Below, piece by piece: positions 14,547 to 27,596 of a stretch of DNA of 64,000 bases. The stretch is taken from contig JBHGNT010000018.1 of assembly GCA_043228905.1 (NCBI GenBank), forward strand, positions 1,240,001 to 1,304,000, read 5' to 3'. Numbering within the stretch: the stretch's first letter is position 1; each line of letters begins with the position of its first letter. The notes under the pieces were generated by a model. That model was not told the origin of the DNA and searched no databases. It worked only from the letters and a program-made list of their open reading frames with translations. The stretch is from Azolla caroliniana (Eukaryota; Plantae; Polypodiophyta). The position numbers were made by a program, and so were the translations under genes.

Positions 14547-17021
14547 TGTGGAAGTTAATATGCAGAAGCGTATGGCAAACCAGCTCAACTGGATACCAAC
14601 AAAACATAGAGAAGAAGGTTTAATGGAGACCTTACACAGAGAATACACGGGAGAGACAGAGAGAGCAGAACATGAACTCGATTCAAAATGATAATACACT
14701 CTATACATAGAATGTGCTTAGAGAGCACTTTTATACAAGTCCATAAAGGACTGACAGGTACTTCAATGCTCATACAAGCGACTGGCACTGACTCCCAAAA
14801 CTATGGCTACGTACTAGGCTAGATCCGTACACCTCTAACGACCTACCGGTTTCAATCCGATTCGGCTCTTCGATCCGGATACCGATTCGGATCCAGTTGA
14901 CCTTGCTTGCTCAACTTGAGGTCGGATCGTAGTGTTAGTGTCTACATTAGCCGGTACTTTCCTCCGGCTCCTTCTGGCGTCCTCCCGCCTTGCTTGCGCT
15001 CCTTGGTCGGTCTGATTCCGCTTCTCGCGACCCATCTGGTTCTGCGCACCCTGACCTCCTTGGTCGGCTTGTCTGCTCAGCAGGCCCATCTCAGCTCCTT
15101 TGCTACTATGACTCTGACACTTGTTGACCCATTGGTTCCTCCATATCGGTGTCGACTTCCAATGCCTTCTCGTCCGCTTGGCCTTTAGTTTATCTGACTC
15201 CTCCGAATCAAATTGTTGAACCGAATCAGCTTCCTCCGATTCATTCCAACTCTTGTCCGTATCGGTTGCCTGCGATTCATTTCGGCTCTTGTCTAAGTTG
15301 GTAGTCTCCAACTCATCTTCTGTTTTCAAGCCCTTCACCACATCAGACCACGTCCGGGTCTTGGCCTTCTTCCGGTTGGCTCTGTCCTTCATGAGTCTGC
15401 TATTGTTGCCGCTTGCACCAACTTGTTCGGATGTACCGACTCCTTCGGTCGGCTCGAATTCCTTTTTCTGCTCATCTTCCCCCTTGGTTCTTACTTCCTT
15501 TCTAGCTCCGTGTCTGGTGCCATCCGTTCTCCCCCTCAAGTGCGGCACGCCAAGATGTTGTAGACCAAGCATCTCGAAAAGTGTTGCAACTTGTCCAATC
15601 CAAGCGGCTTGGTGAAGATATTGGCGACCTGCCGATCTGTGTGAACATACCGAAGTTCAACTTCACCACTCAGGCCTCGCTCACGGACAAAGTGATAATG
15701 CACTTCTATGTGCTTTGTTCGGGCATGGAATATAGGGTTCTTGGCAAGCTGTATACTGCTTACGTTGTCACAATAAATCAGGATCGGGGTCGGCACCTCA
15801 ATCTGGAGGTCGTGCAGTAGTCGCTGAAGCCAGATGGCTTCACAGGTGGCAACAGTAGCGCCCCAATATTCAGCCTCAGTGCTCGATAGAACCACTATTG
15901 GCTGCTTTTTGTTGCTCCATGCAACAGTCGTACTACCAAGAGAAAACATGTAACAGGAGGTGGATCGGTGATCCGATGCATCACCAACCGAGTCATCATC
16001 GGTATATCTGACTATACCGTGTTGGTATAACAATCCTCGGTCCTTCGTGCCACTCACATATCGCAATAGTCGATGCGCGCACTGAAGGTGCTCCGTTGTC
16101 GGGTTCTGCATAAACTGGTTGATCACTCCGACCGGATAACTAATGTCGGGTCGGGTGATTGTCAAGTAGATAAGGCTTCCAAAAATTTGTTGAAACCGTT
16201 TCTCATTGCAGGCCGGTTTGGAGTTGGGACGTAGCTTCAAGTTCCGGTCCAAGGGTGTGGAGATCGGTCGGCATTCTGTCATGTCGAACTTGTACAACAT
16301 ATTCAACGCATAATGGCGTTGTGAGAGCAATATACCGTTGGGGGTCCAGATCACCTCGATCCCAAGAAAATAATGAAGATCCCCCAGATCCTTCATTTCA
16401 AAAGCGTCTGAGGGACTTCACACGACCGATTTCATCGAGTCCGGGTCTGGTGATGACTATATCATTTACATATAGTAGGATACAAACCGGACCGTCCGGA
16501 CTTTTCTGGATGAACAGTGAAGAGTCAGAATTTGAGGCCACAAACCCCATCTTACATGACCGGTGCGTGATTTTCGCATTCCAAGCTCATGGGGCTTGCT
16601 TCATACCATAAAGTGACTTTTTGAGTCGGCACACCGCTGACCTATTCAACTCCGATTGAAAACCGGGGGGTTGGATCATATAGACCCGTTCTTGAAGAAA
16701 CACTTTTTTCACATCCATTTGGTTAAGATGCCATCCCCTTGCCACAACAGCAATCAATACCACACAGATCGTCTCGTCGTAGTCGATTTTGTGCATATCC
16801 CTTTCCCACTAACCGAGCCTTGTACCGGTTGACCGAACCATCGACATTGTACTTTACCTTGTACACCCACTTGCAACCAATCAGTTTACATTGTCGAGGA
16901 GGGTCAACTAGGTCGCAAGTGTCGTTGACATCGAGTGCCCACATTTCTTCTTCCATAGTAGCACAAACCGATTTGCGGCATTCGCTGCTTCTGCATAGCT
17001 CTCCGGCTCACGTACTTCCGT
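14547..17021 (-). mobile_element. Ty1/copia family A, 3' half (degenerate RT/RNase H, C-terminal extension, 3' LTR about 14914-14547), inserted in the gypsy integrase region
   Basis: Motifs CKWVYKVK, SLYGMKQAP, MKDLGDLHYFLG and [12 protein letters not shown] are present. The LTR is homologous to 21067-21488 and 40155-40510. Confidence 0.9.
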
Positions 17022-19472
17022 TGTCATGATATGGCAAGACTCGAACCCATGACCTTATGTTACATGGGTCGAGCTCTTACCATTAACCTATGTATTGTAA
17101 TACGAACGTTATTATTTTCATTTAAGTTTTACTATAGAAAATTGATCTATATTCCAGATTTCTCTGGAACATTGTAGAAACTTCAGGAGTACTCCTGAGA
17201 ACACTATAAAAGGAGGCACAAGGCATTATTTCAAACCAAATCGGTTCAACGCCAGTCTTAAGCCTCCTAACTACTATTGTATATTCCCTTAACATAATAT
17301 ATCTTTTGTTATTCTCATTCTCTCTCTCTCACTCACTCTTTCCTTCCCTTGAGAGTTCTACACCTCCCTTAGTACTAATCCTCATCTTTTAGTACTAATT
17401 CCTTCTCTGTCTTAGTACTATTCCTGACGGTTTGAACCGATTTTGGTCTCCTTCCTTCTCTTCATTTATCTTGTTACTTCTCCCTCCCTTCATACTAATC
17501 TCTTATTCCTCTTTTCTCTCATATTATGGCCACTGTTAGCGCTCAAGAATATCAATCCGTTTTTTCAGAGTTGCAATGCTTGAAAGAGAAGTTTCTCGCA
17601 TTGGAACAAGAAAATCAACGATTGTTGGGGGAGCTTCAACAAATCTCCTTAGAGAAGCAGCAGATACAACAACAACACAAGGAACTAGCGTTACCCGTGC
17701 AATAGCTCGAAGCAACCATAGTAGCAATGCAACAACAAGGACCTAGTACGCAAGGGGTTCATAAAGAACCCAAGATCAACCTTCCCATGAAATTCGATGG
17801 AACGCGATCGTAGTTTAGAGGATTCCTTAATCAAGTACGATTAGTCATTCAAATGCATCCTTCTCGATATCCCACCGATGCATCACGAGTGGGACTAGTA
17901 GGCACTCTACTTAGTGGCACGACATTGGCATGGTTCACCCCCCTGTTAGAAAAAAGCTCTCCCTTGTTAAATAATTTTGAAGAGTTTATTACTGAGTTTA
18001 AAGCCTGTTTTGGAGATACCGATAGTGTTAGAACAACAATCAACAAAATCCGAAGATTGCGCCAAGGTGAGCGGCCGGCCTCGGCTTATGTTGTAGAATT
18101 CTGTCTTCTTGTCACTGATATTCCCTGGGATGACCAGGCAGTAATGGAGCAATTTCGTTTTGGCCTACGTAATGATGTTAAATATTTACTCTTAACTTTC
18201 CCTGAGGAGCCAAAGTCATTGACGGAAGCAATCAATTGTGCAATGCGATGTGATGCGATAATCGCCTCTTCGAACGACATTCGGAACGTCAATTTCAAAT
18301 GCCATGGACAAGATCGGAGCCCACCTACGTTTCAATTGTAGCAAAGCCTTTCCCAAGGGAGTCATTCAATATGTCTCCAACAAATACTCCGACTCCAATG
18401 GAAATCGACACGACACGTCGTCGTGGACCACTATCGGAAGAAGAAAAGCAGTGACACATGGCAAATCGATTATGTCTTTATTGCGGTGGACTAGGGCATA
18501 TTGCAATGAACTGCCCCCATCGGCTGAAAAGGCAGGTAAATCAAATAACTGCTAGTACTAATAGTACTAAACCCGAGTTTATTTCTCTAGGCGTGTCTGA
18601 TAGTCCTAATAGCCTAAGCCTTTCATACAAATTTGAAATCCTTAGTCAACTAGAAGAAGAGTTAAACGATTAAGTCCAGCCAAAATAGGAGTCGTTTGGT
18701 TGGACAACCCTAGATCTGTGCAGCCCATTAGTTGTTCCATTTCCTTTAAGCAAGTTAGCCATGTGTTCTTAGCTCAAGTAATGGTTAGTACTAAAAGTAC
18801 TCCTCCAGTACATGGCTTAACACTCTTAGATTCCAGAGCCAACTCTTGCTTCATGGATAGGAATTTTGCCCAAGCTCATCAGATATCCCTTAAAAAACTC
18901 CCGTGTCCAGCCTCTGTAGTACTCATTGATGGTCGTCCCACTGCTTCCGGAAATATTATAGAACAGTCTGAACCCGTTAATATTGTCCTAGATAACTTAG
19001 CGTGTGTAGTATCATTTAATATAATTAGTATCCCAGAACATCCCATTGTTTTAGGATTACCATGGTTCGAATTACATAACCCAACCATAGATTGGAGAAC
19101 AAGAGAAATACGGTGTCGACAAACCCGAGGATCTACTCATAAGATTGCAACCATTTCGCTACATCAATTGCGTGAGGAAGGATGCAAGGAAGAAACGTTT
19201 CTCTTCGCAATATCAGTAAACCCCTACAGTATCAACAAAGAGGAGTCCACCGTTCAACTTCCAGAGAAGTATTGTCATTATGCCGACGTGTTCGATAAAG
19301 TACAAGACAATACGCTTCCTCACCATCGACAGTATGATTGCCCCATTGATTTACAACCGGGAAAAGAGACACCATGGGGACCGATCTACAATTTGTCACC
19401 AACCGAGCTAGAAGTCCTTTGAACCTATATAGAGGAGAATTTGGCAAATGGTTTCATTCGACATTCAAAATC
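17022..19472 (+). mobile_element. Ty3/gypsy (Tcn1-like), 5' half: 5' LTR 17022 to about 17362, gag about 17526-18673 (disrupted), protease and RT start 18661-19472
   Basis: The LTR starts TGTCATGA and has a TATA box at 17205. Gag shows PKINLPMKFDG and a CCHC knuckle (CLYCGGLGHIAMNCP). Protease shows LLDSRANSCFMD and IVLGLPWF, followed by LPHHRQYDCPIDL and GPIYNLS. Confidence 0.88.
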
Positions 19473-21488
19473 TCTACCAGCATGGTATAACCTGTTGGGA
19501 GACAGGTTCCTCCGGATGGTGCAGACCCAGTTAGGAGTGCTCACCGGATGAAGAGACATATTCGTAAATATGTTTCCTAAGAGTCCATCGGGGCTATATT
19601 TGTAAATAGCCAGAAAGTCATATTAGTATAAATATGACTTAGGGCAAACTTATGGTAATGTTGTTATTCTTGTTTGCGCAAGATCAGAGTGTGTAACTGT
19701 GTACAGAGAGAGAGAGAGAGGAAGAGGTCGTTGCCTTTGTTGTAACCGCCGCCTGTGGCGAAGATAGAAAGCTCGAGGTTGTTGCCTCGGTGCTTTACTG
19801 TTGTACACTGTAACATAGTGATAGTTTGCAGCCTGTGGGCTGCCGTGGTTTTTCCCTAGTTTGGGTTTTCCACGTAAACATCCTGTGTACTCTTCTCTCA
19901 CTCTTGTGTCGTGCATTCATTCCCGTTTTCTGAGTTTGATCCTAGCTCGGTTGTGGCCGAGCGTTGTTCATAGGGGAGCGTATAGTTCCTGTCATAACCG
20001 AAGGACTAGTCGGATATACAGATGCTGACTGGCCCGATGATGCATCGGATCGCCGATCCACCTCTGGTTACATGTTTTCTCTAGGTAGCGCGGTTGTTGC
20101 GTGGAGCAGCAAAAAGCAGCCAACAGTGGCTCTGTCGAGCATTGAGGCTAAATACCGGGGCGCTACCAATGCCACCTGTGAAGCCATCTGGCTTCGGCGA
20201 CTACTACAAGACCTGCGGTTTGAGGTCCCGACCCCAATCCTGCTCTATTGTGACGACATGAGCAGCATTCAGCTTGCCAAGAACCCCGTGTTCCATGCTC
20301 GGATGAAGCACATAGAAGTCCACTATCACTTTGTGCGTGAGCGGTGAAGTAGAACTTCGGTATGTTCAGACGGATCGGCAAATTGCCGATATCTTCACCA
20401 AACCGCTCGGATCGGACAAATTGCAGCACTTCACTAAAATGCTTGGTGTTTAGCATCTCGACGTGCCGCACTTGAGGGGGAGAAAAGGAAAGGGAACGGA
20501 TGGCACTAGACAAGGAGTCGGAGAGGAAGAAAGAACCAACAAAGGGGGAGACAAGAGAAAAAGGAAGTCGACCCGACCGAAGGAGTCGGCACATCCGAAA
20601 AGGTCGGAACAAGTGGCCACGGCAAGAAGGACAGAGCCAATCAGAAGAAACAACCAAGACCCGAATTTGGTCCGGTGTGGTGAAGGGCCTGAAACCGGAA
20701 GACGAGTTGGAGAACACTGACTCGGACAGGAGTTGGAACAAATCGAAGGAAACCGATTCGGAGAAGCCAGATAAACTAAAGGCCAAGCGGACACAGACGC
20801 AGCGGAAGTCGACGCCAGCACGAAGGAACCGACAGGTCGACAAGCATCGGAGTCGTCGCAACGAGGGAGCTAAAATGGGCTTGTTGAGTAGACAAACCGA
20901 CTGAGGACATCAAGGTGCGCAGAACCAGAAGGGTCGCGGCAAACAAGACCGGACCGGACGAGGAACGCAAGCAAGGCGGAGCAATGCCAGAAGAAGTCGG
21001 GTAGAAGAATCAGTTGTCACGAACATTGACACCACGATTCGACCTAAAGTTGAGCTTGAGGGGGAGTGTTGAGCGAGCAAGCTCAACCGGATCCGGATTG
21101 GCTGAATAAGCCTGAGCCGGATCGGCATTTGGAAGGATGAGCCGGATTGGTATCCGGAAACAACCAACCAGATCGGAGAGCCGAATTCGAGCGGGAACCG
21201 GAAGCCTAGTAGTAGCCTAGACTACTAGGTAATCATTGTCTCGTAGTTAGTGTCAGTCGCACGTGTGAGAATTGAAGTACCTGTCAATCCTTTATGGACT
21301 TGTATAAATAGTGTTGTTTAGCACATTGTATGTACAGAGTTTTAAGGTTAATTTTTTAATATAGTTTTATGTTCTGCTCTCTCTGTCTCCTCTGTGTTTG
21401 AAGCTTTTCCATTAAACCTTCATCTCATTTTTTGTTGCTATCCGGCTGATCCGGTTCAATCTGACGCTTCCGCACATTAACATTCACA
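19473..21488 (+). mobile_element. Ty1/copia family A, 3' fragment (RNase H, extension, PPT 21055-21066, LTR 21067-21488)
   Basis: Motifs [20 protein letters not shown] and [12 protein letters not shown] are present. The LTR reads TGTTGAG...TTCACA after cttgagggggag. Confidence 0.9.
19493..19994 (+). mobile_element. Solo LTR inserted in the copia RT/RNase H junction
   Basis: TG...CA ends are flanked by a perfect 5-bp TSD TAACC (19488-19492 and 19995-19999). Removing it restores [12 protein letters not shown]. Confidence 0.9.
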
Positions 21489-22890
21489 ATCATGTTAATT
21501 GGTCTTTCCTCTCAAGTGTGATGTGGGGTTTGGTCCTCGTATGTGTCGACTTATCTTTTAGCTAGGGAAAAATGCAACCTCCCGTGTGATGTTTAATGGC
21601 GGAATCACTCCGAAAGTGTTTCTTACATGATTCGTGCGGCAAGGATGTCCACGAAGCTCATTGTTATTTGCTATTGGTACACATCCTTTGTTAGTAATGT
21701 TGTCAAATCTTGCGGCCAGTGGTGATATTGTGGGTTTGCATCTTCCTTCTGGTGGACAATTGGTGGCACAAGCATTGGCAGATGATTCTTTTATGTTTTT
21801 ACAAGCCTCAAAAGAAAATCTTAAAAGGAGTATGCAAGTTTGGAATCAATTTGCTTTGGCTTCAGGGTTGTATATAAATTGGAGGAAGTCTCGCCTTATT
21901 TCTTGTACGGAGAGTGATTTGGAATGTTTGGGATGGCGAGGGTCAGTGATTACTCGAGCTTCAATTTATCGACATTTGGGTTATCCATTGGGCATTCATG
22001 TTACAAATATTCAATTGATTGATTGGATTGGTAGTAAATTGAGGGACAAATTTATGTATTGGAAGTCTCAATTATGGCCCTTTCATGTACGACTCAAAGT
22101 GGTGCAATGTATATTGATACCCATGTTTTTATATTTTTTGCCTTTACTTCCTTGGACTAAGAAGGCATTACAAAGCATGTTACAACCTATTTGGTTCATG
22201 TTGTGGTAGAAGGGAGAAATGATGGGAGTTACATGGATTTCAAGGGACCATTTGGCTACTCCTAAAAGGTTAGGTGGTGCAGCAATATTGGATTTGGGAA
22301 GACATTTGATGGCTTGTAGATTTACATTATTACGAGATATAGGTCAACAAGATCAACCACGGATATTTATGATGCAATATTAAATTGAGCATGAAGGATT
22401 GGTGCATGGGAATACAAAGATTCAAGCATCATGGTGGTCACTACTGAATGGAAGTATTCCTCTAAAGATTCGACATTCTGTATGTGGACAACATTTGGTA
22501 AGATTGTGACAAGATGCATTATCTCTTTTTGAATGGGGACCATCAAGTGATCGAGAATATTGTAATTCATTACAAAACAAATTGCTTGTTTCTTCTCGAG
22601 TGTTGTTTTGGCATGGGAAAGAGAAGTTGAGATCTCAATTCAATCGTTTATTTCGATTGGGGATTGTACCTTTGGAAGATGTGGTTGATATGAATCTCAA
22701 CGGTTGTCAGATTTTGAAGATGCCAAGAGATGGTTATGTATTCCCCCAAATTATGGATTTATTTGGGAGAAATTACATGATATACCATTGTTGCAAGGAT
22801 GTTTGCCATTGAAAACCAATTTTGCACCTTGGGTAGATTGGCGGTTACAAGATGGTACACGCTTGTTACAGGTCACTACAAATATATTGT
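21489..22890 (+). mobile_element. Degenerate L1-type LINE RT fragment
   Basis: Motifs DHVNWSFL, RQGCPRSSLLF, ALADDSFMF, SGLYINWRKS, YRHLGYPLG and PKRLGG are present. Confidence 0.85.
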
Positions 22891-22964
22891 ATCTAAGAGG
22901 GGACTAAGAAGTGTTTTAACTAAGTGGATTTTACATACAATTAATATATATTGTGTGCTTTTAC

Positions 22965-23004
<40 letters not shown>

Positions 23005-23850
23005 TGCTGCATAGTAGAAAGTGGAAGACGAAGACCTGTTGTTGTCGCATGTGTGTGTCGTTCAGCCCTGAGCCTACACAGTGCATACCTCCATCCTTCA
23101 ACTTTTCAAGTAAGATTCACAATGCACATATATGATATAGTCAATTACTTTACCTCATACATTACCCACAATGTAATAAGTCATGATTAGAGTAGGACAT
23201 TTATATTGTTGGAAAAGATAGGATGAGCTTTTAATACAAAGGAAGAACTAACAATAATATACATAAAGGTAGGTTTTTACTAGCAACATGAGCTTGACAT
23301 ATTCATATGCAACCCAGTAAAACTAATAATCCATAATGGATTTTAAGTTAACTTTTTCATATAACAACATTTTATTGTCACACACACAGACACAAACACC
23401 CACCATTATCTCTTTTGCTGAATAACTCAATTAACACATACACGCACTAAGAACCATATGATCAAATGAAAAGAAGTAAATGAATATTGAAAATGACCTT
23501 CGAAGGCCAATCATTGTTAGAAGATAGTATGAGCTACAAATCGGTACTTTATTCTCCTAAAAGTTGTATAATGCTCTCTCCCATTTTCATATTATTTGGA
23601 AGTAATTGATTATCAAATTGTGGGTAATGTAATAAGTTACCTCGAATATACTATACTTTTCATTTTGGTGATGTAGGAACTTCCTACATTACCAAAATGT
23701 AGATGCTTACAAATGGGGCTTACACATGTAGTGTATGGATGGATGTAGTTGCTTGCATGTAGGTATGTACTTGTATCAGCCCCTAGAGGCAAAACAATAT
23801 CTTTTATGACCAAAATTTTATTTTATTTTGGTTATAGGTACATACATTTA

Positions 23851-26418
23851 TATGGAAGAGGCGACATCAATATCAACCCCTAGAGGCAAAACAAAGGCAA
23901 GAAAAAGAACTTCATGGACCGAGCAACACATGATCTCCATTAAGGACGGAGATGCATATAAGCATCGATGTGCCTATTGTCGCTTGTTGTGGGCAACCTC
24001 TACATCTACAGGTTCTATTGCCAAGAATTTATTAGATAAGCATAATATTAATAGCACATCACAACCACAAACTTCTGGCAATGTTCTTGTCCAAAGTAAC
24101 ATAGATGCTACTTCATCTACATTAGTTATATCTCGTACTCTAGAGAAGAAGTTTGATAGTACTATTACTAGATACATAGTCACATCAATGCTACCTCATG
24201 CACATATTGAGTCTTCTAGTTTTAAGAGATTATAGGATGAAGTCTTGCCCACTTATCAACTTAAATCAGCTCATACACTTAAGAGATTAGTGTTACGAAT
24301 GTATGTTGTTCTTCGCCATTTAGTTATTACTTATTTGTCCTCACAAAATTTTAGATATGCTATAACATTTTATGGGTGGACAAATGATAGTTTGAAAGGA
24401 TTTTATCCCGTGACTTTACATTGGGTTTGTTTCGAGTCTACTAAGCAGGCTAGTGTGCTTTTAGACTTCCTAGATGTCTTTCCAGGAGATGGGATACGAA
24501 AACGTGTCGAAAAAGCTTTATTCTCCCGTCTAAAATCATTTAGTATCTCTTCGCGTATTCTATCTACAACTTCTGACGGTGCTAGTGAATCTCTAGTTGC
24601 ATCAAAAGAATTAGCTAGGTTATTACTTAGTCATCATGGACAAGACATTTTACAATCATCACATATGTTAAGATGCACGGGGCATACATATCAACTAGGT
24701 GTAAAGTCTGCATTAGAAGTTATTACTCCTTCTACTATGAAGTTAAGGAAGACATTACATTCTATACACACAATTAAAGTGAGTAGAGCTATATTTAAAA
24801 AATATTCAAAAATCATGCATGAGAATGGAGAACAAGAACCACCATGTGTAGATTGCATTACTAGATAAAATTCAACTATAATAATGTATCAACAATCCCT
24901 AAAGTTAAGAGATGTCTTGATTTGTACCACAAGTGACAAGGCATTGCTAATGAGTTTGTGGACCATACACTCTCCATAGAAGATTGGAGTCATATACAAA
25001 GTATGGAACAATGGTTGCTTGTGCATGCTAAAATTTGTAATTACTTGAGTGGGTCAAAGTATCCTACCCTCTCAATAGCAGCGCTTGCATTCAACAACTT
25101 ATTAGCACATTGTAATAAATATATTTCTATGGATATGAACTCGGTTAATTCACCCTCCGAGAATATTACTCTTCAAGTGCAACAAGAGGCTAGTACCAAA
25201 TGCTTACAATATCTAATCAAGTACCAAGAATACCTTAAATCCATTCCATCTCGAATCGCAATGTTTGTTGACCCAAGGTACTAATGTTTTTAATTGAAAT
25301 TTTCCCTTTTTTAATATTTCTTTCTTACTAATAATGTTTTTTGTTTGAATGTAGAGTTCTGAAACCAACTAATCCAATTGAGAGAGACCCCGATATAGAA
25401 TTGGTGCAAAGTTTCTTGACAACCCAATATCATGATCCTAATGTCGAAGATTCTCTATCCGAAGATGCATATGAAGGATCTCCGTTTGAATTTTTGGAAT
25501 TTTGGGGTATGAACAATGAGAAATCTCATGAATCATCAGCTCGGATAGAAATTGACGGTTTCTTGAAGGTTCCACGAGTGAAGAGTACCGTAGACCCTCT
25601 ACATTGGTGGTCTACCAACATGTTTCAAGCTATATTGCATCATGTTTTATTAAACAAATTTGTTATTGTTAGTAATTAATGAACACATTTTGATAGTATC
25701 TTTTTTTATGATTTGAAACAGATCCATTTTTCCAAGGATGTATAAAATGGCATGCGATTATTTGGCTATTCCAACTTCATCAATGCCTTCAGAGGAAGCT
25801 AACTCCGAAGCTCGTGATAACTTCGAAGATAGGCAACTGTTGCATTCATGCACTTTCAAGGCAGAGATGTGCATACGATCTTGGATAGATCTACTTGATA
25901 GTGTAAACATTCCAATTCCTAAAGATATTAATGATGCATATGATACTTTAGATATCAATTTAGAAGAGATTATCACAGGGATGGTGTTATTGAATACTTG
26001 TACTTGGACAAGTGTTTTTTTTTGGAATATTATGACTTGGACAATTATGACAGTTGATTTTTGGAATAGTAGATTTTTTCTCGTTGTTTTTCTCCAAGTA
26101 TCTATTAGTTAAATTTGCCTTGCATTTCTCATTTTATGTTTTCTTGTTGATTTTCTCTAAGCCTTGTAACCATTCTACATTTGGGGCATATTGGAGGGGG
26201 ATTGTTCAATGATAAATTGTAATGGAATTGTGTTATGAAGTTCAATATTCAATGTATAGTATTGTTGTTTTCTCCCAAACCGGTTTCCAAGCCGGTTTAG
26301 GGATCGGTTTGGTTTGGTTTGGTTCAGGTTTGAAAACCCCTAAACGGTTTAGGCTTAACCGGTTTGGCTTGGATAGGCCAAACCGGCTAAGCCTAAACCG
26401 AACCGTTGCCGATCCCTA
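23851..26418 (+). mobile_element. hAT DNA transposon with a pseudogenised, intron-containing transposase and an intact right end; left TIR not found
   Basis: A BED finger (CAYC..H) is followed by a decayed DGW (FYGW), TSDGASE, RCTGH, TR* (TRW), YPTLS, MFVDPR and the dimerisation domain (DPLHWW..ACDYLAIPTSS). An intron spans 25279-25354. The end reads TAGGGATCGGCAACGG on the minus strand, with AACCG arrays. Confidence 0.88.
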
Positions 26419-27596
26419 CATGGGCCATAAAACGATAAAAGCACATTTTTCAAAGCTCATGCGACCTTGCCAAAAGCTTGTTATCGTGGAAAAGCTCATC
26501 TCTAAATTAAGAAGCTTGTCTATTAATTGCTCACAAATGAGCATACCCCTCAATGAAAGATCATTCGTGCAATTTTACTTAAGCCACAATTGGAATGGAG
26601 CATGTGGAGACCAATCAAACCCAATTAGATCCTTTGGGTTCTAACACCTTTGAAGTGTTTGCTACAACATTCATGGATGGCATTTTCATTAGGCTTTCTT
26701 TCATGTGTATCATGTCCCTCTTATTTAAAGTGTAGAGTTTTGCCATTTCACATGCATGCACCTCATGTATGACTATGACATGATCCCTACAAGGGTCATC
26801 TACGAAAAATGCTATTTTGAAAGGGTAATTGGTGGCACAGGCTAGAGAATTGTTGGCCAAACTCCAACGACTCACCTTTGCTAGTTTGAGAATTTATTAT
26901 TCTTGTTTATGCTATTTATTGGAATACATGCTTAGGGGTAGATTTGGATCGCGTTGCAAAACAATGTCATGTTATGGTTGATACCATCCTTTCTTTATAA
27001 GAGATCATTTTCATGCATAGATAAGCTGGGTTATTCTAGGTACTAACCTGTGCAAACAACATCACAAACAAATGCATTTGCGTGGACTTTCTTGTTATAT
27101 AATTATGCAACTATGTTTTAGGTACTACACAATATTTGTTATGTGATTACTAGCATTGCATATGATAAAGCTAGTTGCATAAGTTATATGCTTTTGGGAA
27201 TTCCTTGTGCAAATTGTCAAAGCTCAACTCAAATGACAAGCACCATATGGGACCCTAAACATGGGTTCTTCCATTTGATTACTTCTAATATCCACAAATG
27301 TATTGACTTTTACTTGGTTTTATTTCAAGATTTATATGAAATAAAGTTGGTCCGCACAAAATGTATGCTTTTGGGAGTTCCTTGTGCAAATTGTCTGATG
27401 TCAATTTAAATGGTAATAAGAACCTTTAAAATGGATGCTCCCATGCAATTTCTTCTAGATTTGTCATTGTATCATTTCTTTACACGTTGATCCACAAAGG
27501 CATTGACTTTCACTTTGTTTTCTTTCAAGAACCATATGAAACAAAGTTGGTTAAACAAATCATATACCTTTGGGAGCTCCTTGCACAAAAATCTAA

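Noticed and set aside
23851-25960. Domesticated hAT (SLEEPER-like) gene
   Set aside because: It has in-frame stops at 24233 and 24866, a frameshift, a mutated catalytic Asp (FYGW) and a retained TIR.
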